Source: Thermoplasmata archaeon (GTDB taxonomy: Archaea; Thermoplasmatota; Thermoplasmata; Lutacidiplasmatales; UBA184). From it: a stretch of DNA of 14,828 nt. Shown here piece by piece: positions 12,847 to 14,828 of the stretch. The notes under the pieces were generated by a model. It was not told where the DNA came from, made no database searches, and saw nothing but the letters and a program-made list of their open reading frames with translations. The stretch spans positions 1-14,828 of the forward strand of contig JAGWLG010000050.1 in the NCBI GenBank assembly GCA_028864975.1, read 5' to 3'. Position 1 is the stretch's first letter. Each line of letters begins with the position of its first letter. Both the position numbers and the translations under genes were made by a program.

Positions 12847-14828
12847 ATGTCCCGCGGAAACCACAACTCTGCGCCGAGCTACAGCGCGAACCGACGCTTT
12901 TGGATGAGGACCCGATCGAGCCTGATCCTGGTTGCCGCAATCACGCTCCTCGTCGCCCTTCCCCAACCCGGACTGGGGGCACGCCCAGGTACTCAAGCGT
13001 CTCCTCACGCAAGCTCGGCAGGCGGGCTTGCTCCTACTTGGAAGCAGTTCTCGAGCCCAGCGAACGTCTCAGCTTCGGATGCGGGCGGTGGCTACCTGGT
13101 CTGGGACCAGGCCGAGCATCTGGACACCTACTGGGACCCGAACTCGGCTTCGAACCATCTCTACTACTTCTACGCTGGCAATAGCACATGGCGAGTCGGC
13201 CCTGAGATGCGTAACATGTCGAGCCGACTTGGGGCCAACGAGTGGATCATCGGTGCAGCGTACAATTGGCAAGACGGAGTCATCGATGTGACCGTTCAGG
13301 CCCAGGGAACTTGCGCGCCTTCGGGCTACGTGTGCTTCTTCACCTACGCGCACGGGAACATGACCCGGATTGGGTCGTTCGCGCAGGGCAGCTGTTACGG
13401 CCTTTCGGCCTGGGACCCAATGGATCACTACGTATGGTGGATCTCAACCGGCGGAAATGGCGACACTTACGCAATCATCAACAACACGGTAACCCAGCTC
13501 TCGGCACCGGCTCCGGCTTCGAACTGCAACACGGGGAACGCTGTTTGGGACCCAGTGCATGGCTACCTTGTCCTTGCCCTCGGAACCAGCTACGGGTTCT
13601 CCACATTCGTTGGAGGCACTTACTCGGCCATGTCGTCGCCCTATGGCTGCAATGATCCCATCTTGGCTTTCGACCCAGACCCGTCCATTGATACGGTCGT
13701 CTCCTACGGCTGCTACACCGGCGGAGTGGACTCCGACGAGTACACCTGGGGGGGTACGAGCTGGAGTAACATGGGGGTGCCCTCTGCAACTCCGCCCTCT
13801 ACCGACTCGGGGAGTTTGGGAGGGTTCGACCCCATTCTCGGCCGGGAGCTTATCGTCACGGGAACCTACTCTGCCGGTGCGGACGGGCTCTGGTCGCCTG
13901 GGGTCGGGATTGCGCCGGGCCCGCTGATGGTCAGCGCTTCGGGGTCCCCCCTGAGCGGACGCGCTCCGCTCACGGTATCACTTGCCTCCACACCGTCGGG
14001 GGGAAGTGGTACCTACTCGACCTTCTCCTGGCACCTTGGGGACGGAAACGTGGCTGCCACGCAGACCCTCGTACACACTTACTCCTCTGCGGGCACCTAC
14101 TATGCGTGGGCCAATGTGACCGACTCTCTCGGATCCACCGCCATGAGCAACGTCTTGGTAATCACCGTATCCCCACCGCCTCCACTCTCCACGAATGCCT
14201 CGGTTTCCCCGCGGAGTGGCCCCCTCGGAACGAACTTCCAGTTCTCCTCGGTAACCACGGGAGGCAGCGGGACGTACACGTGGAGCTGGAGGTTCGGTGA
14301 TGGTAGCTTCTCGATCTTGTCTGCACCGTCACACGCTTACGCGCGTGTTGGATCATACACCGCCAGGCTCTGGGCAAACGACACCACCGGGGCGAGCGCC
14401 ACAGGATCGGTCTCCGTTCAGGTCTACCAGCCCATCTTCGGCAATTGGACGGAGATCTGTTCGTCATGCGGTCCGGAACCTCGTGGGGACGCGGCTATGG
14501 CCTTCGACCCGGTCGATGGCTATACGGTCATGTTCGGTGGAACTCCCGGGTTGCCTACGTTCTACAACGACACCTGGGCGCTTTCGAGTGGGGTCTGGTC
14601 GAAACTCCAGCCCGCGGTTTCCCCAAGCGCACGCCAGGGCGCTGTGATGGCGTTCGATCCCACGGACGGCTACCTCGTCCTCTTCGGCGGATTCGATGGG
14701 AGCGTGCTGTTGAACGACACCTGGACGTACTCTGCGGGATCTTGGACGAATCTTCACCTCTCCCACTCTGCCTCCCCCCGGTACGACGCGAGCATGGTGT
14801 GGGACGCCAAGGACGGCTACCTCCTTCT
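12847..14828 (+). CDS. Second large secreted surface protein, 3'-partial: signal peptide, divergent N-terminal propeller, 2 PKD domains, then a Kelch-type propeller like those of 6898..11694
   Basis: Hand translation from ATG 12847 (in-frame TAG at 12820-12822 upstream) is open to the window end, 660 codons: MSRGNHNSAPSYSANRRFWMRTRSSLILVAAITLLVALPQPGLGA...WDPMDHYVW...WDPVHGYLVL...FSWHLGDG...HTYSSAGTY...WRFGDG...HAYARVGSY...VYQPIFGNWTEICSSCGPEPRGDAAMAFDPVDGYTVMFGG...NDTW. It is absent from the ORF track because it has no stop in the window. Confidence 0.92.
   Translation, partial: MSRGNHNSAPSYSANRRFWMRTRSSLILVAAITLLVALPQPGLGARPGTQASPHASSAGGLAPTWKQFSSPANVSASDAGGGYLVWDQAEHLDTYWDPNSASNHLYYFYAGNSTWRVGPEMRNMSSRLGANEWIIGAAYNWQDGVIDVTVQAQGTCAPSGYVCFFTYAHGNMTRIGSFAQGSCYGLSAWDPMDHYVWWISTGGNGDTYAIINNTVTQLSAPAPASNCNTGNAVWDPVHGYLVLALGTSYGFSTFVGGTYSAMSSPYGCNDPILAFDPDPSIDTVVSYGCYTGGVDSDEYTWGGTSWSNMGVPSATPPSTDSGSLGGFDPILGRELIVTGTYSAGADGLWSPGVGIAPGPLMVSASGSPLSGRAPLTVSLASTPSGGSGTYSTFSWHLGDGNVAATQTLVHTYSSAGTYYAWANVTDSLGSTAMSNVLVITVSPPPPLSTNASVSPRSGPLGTNFQFSSVTTGGSGTYTWSWRFGDGSFSILSAPSHAYARVGSYTARLWANDTTGASATGSVSVQVYQPIFGNWTEICSSCGPEPRGDAAMAFDPVDGYTVMFGGTPGLPTFYNDTWALSSGVWSKLQPAVSPSARQGAVMAFDPTDGYLVLFGGFDGSVLLNDTWTYSAGSWTNLHLSHSASPRYDASMVWDAKDGYLL

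Noticed and set aside
1-14828. CRISPR array, tRNA/rRNA, transposase or IS ends
   Set aside because: No regularly spaced short repeats, cloverleaf or rRNA-like segments, or transposase motifs were seen; intergenic gaps are all under 200 nt.

Overview
High-GC archaeal window, plausibly a Thermoplasmata-like euryarchaeote (inferred from gene content only). The left part (1-5690) is mostly housekeeping: a partial conserved hypothetical gene that the ORF track misses, sepF, nmd3, rpl10e (uL16) with a long charged tail, a pantoate-kinase-like GHMP kinase, and a divergently transcribed pan. The right part (5750-14828) is a tandem array, period about 5.95 kb, of a two-gene cassette. Each cassette has a ~347-aa putative regulator with a Lrp/AsnC-like winged HTH on the minus strand, head-to-head with a very large secreted Kelch-type beta-propeller/PKD/Ig surface protein on the plus strand. 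The second surface gene (12847 to the window end) is also missing from the ORF track. The two ~100-bp divergent intergenic regions align without gaps and share two conserved blocks. At their centres each has a 6-7-6 palindrome with the same position and geometry but a different sequence. This suggests paralog-specific operators and a diversified family of regulator-adhesin modules. All family calls come from motif recognition; no database searches were run.
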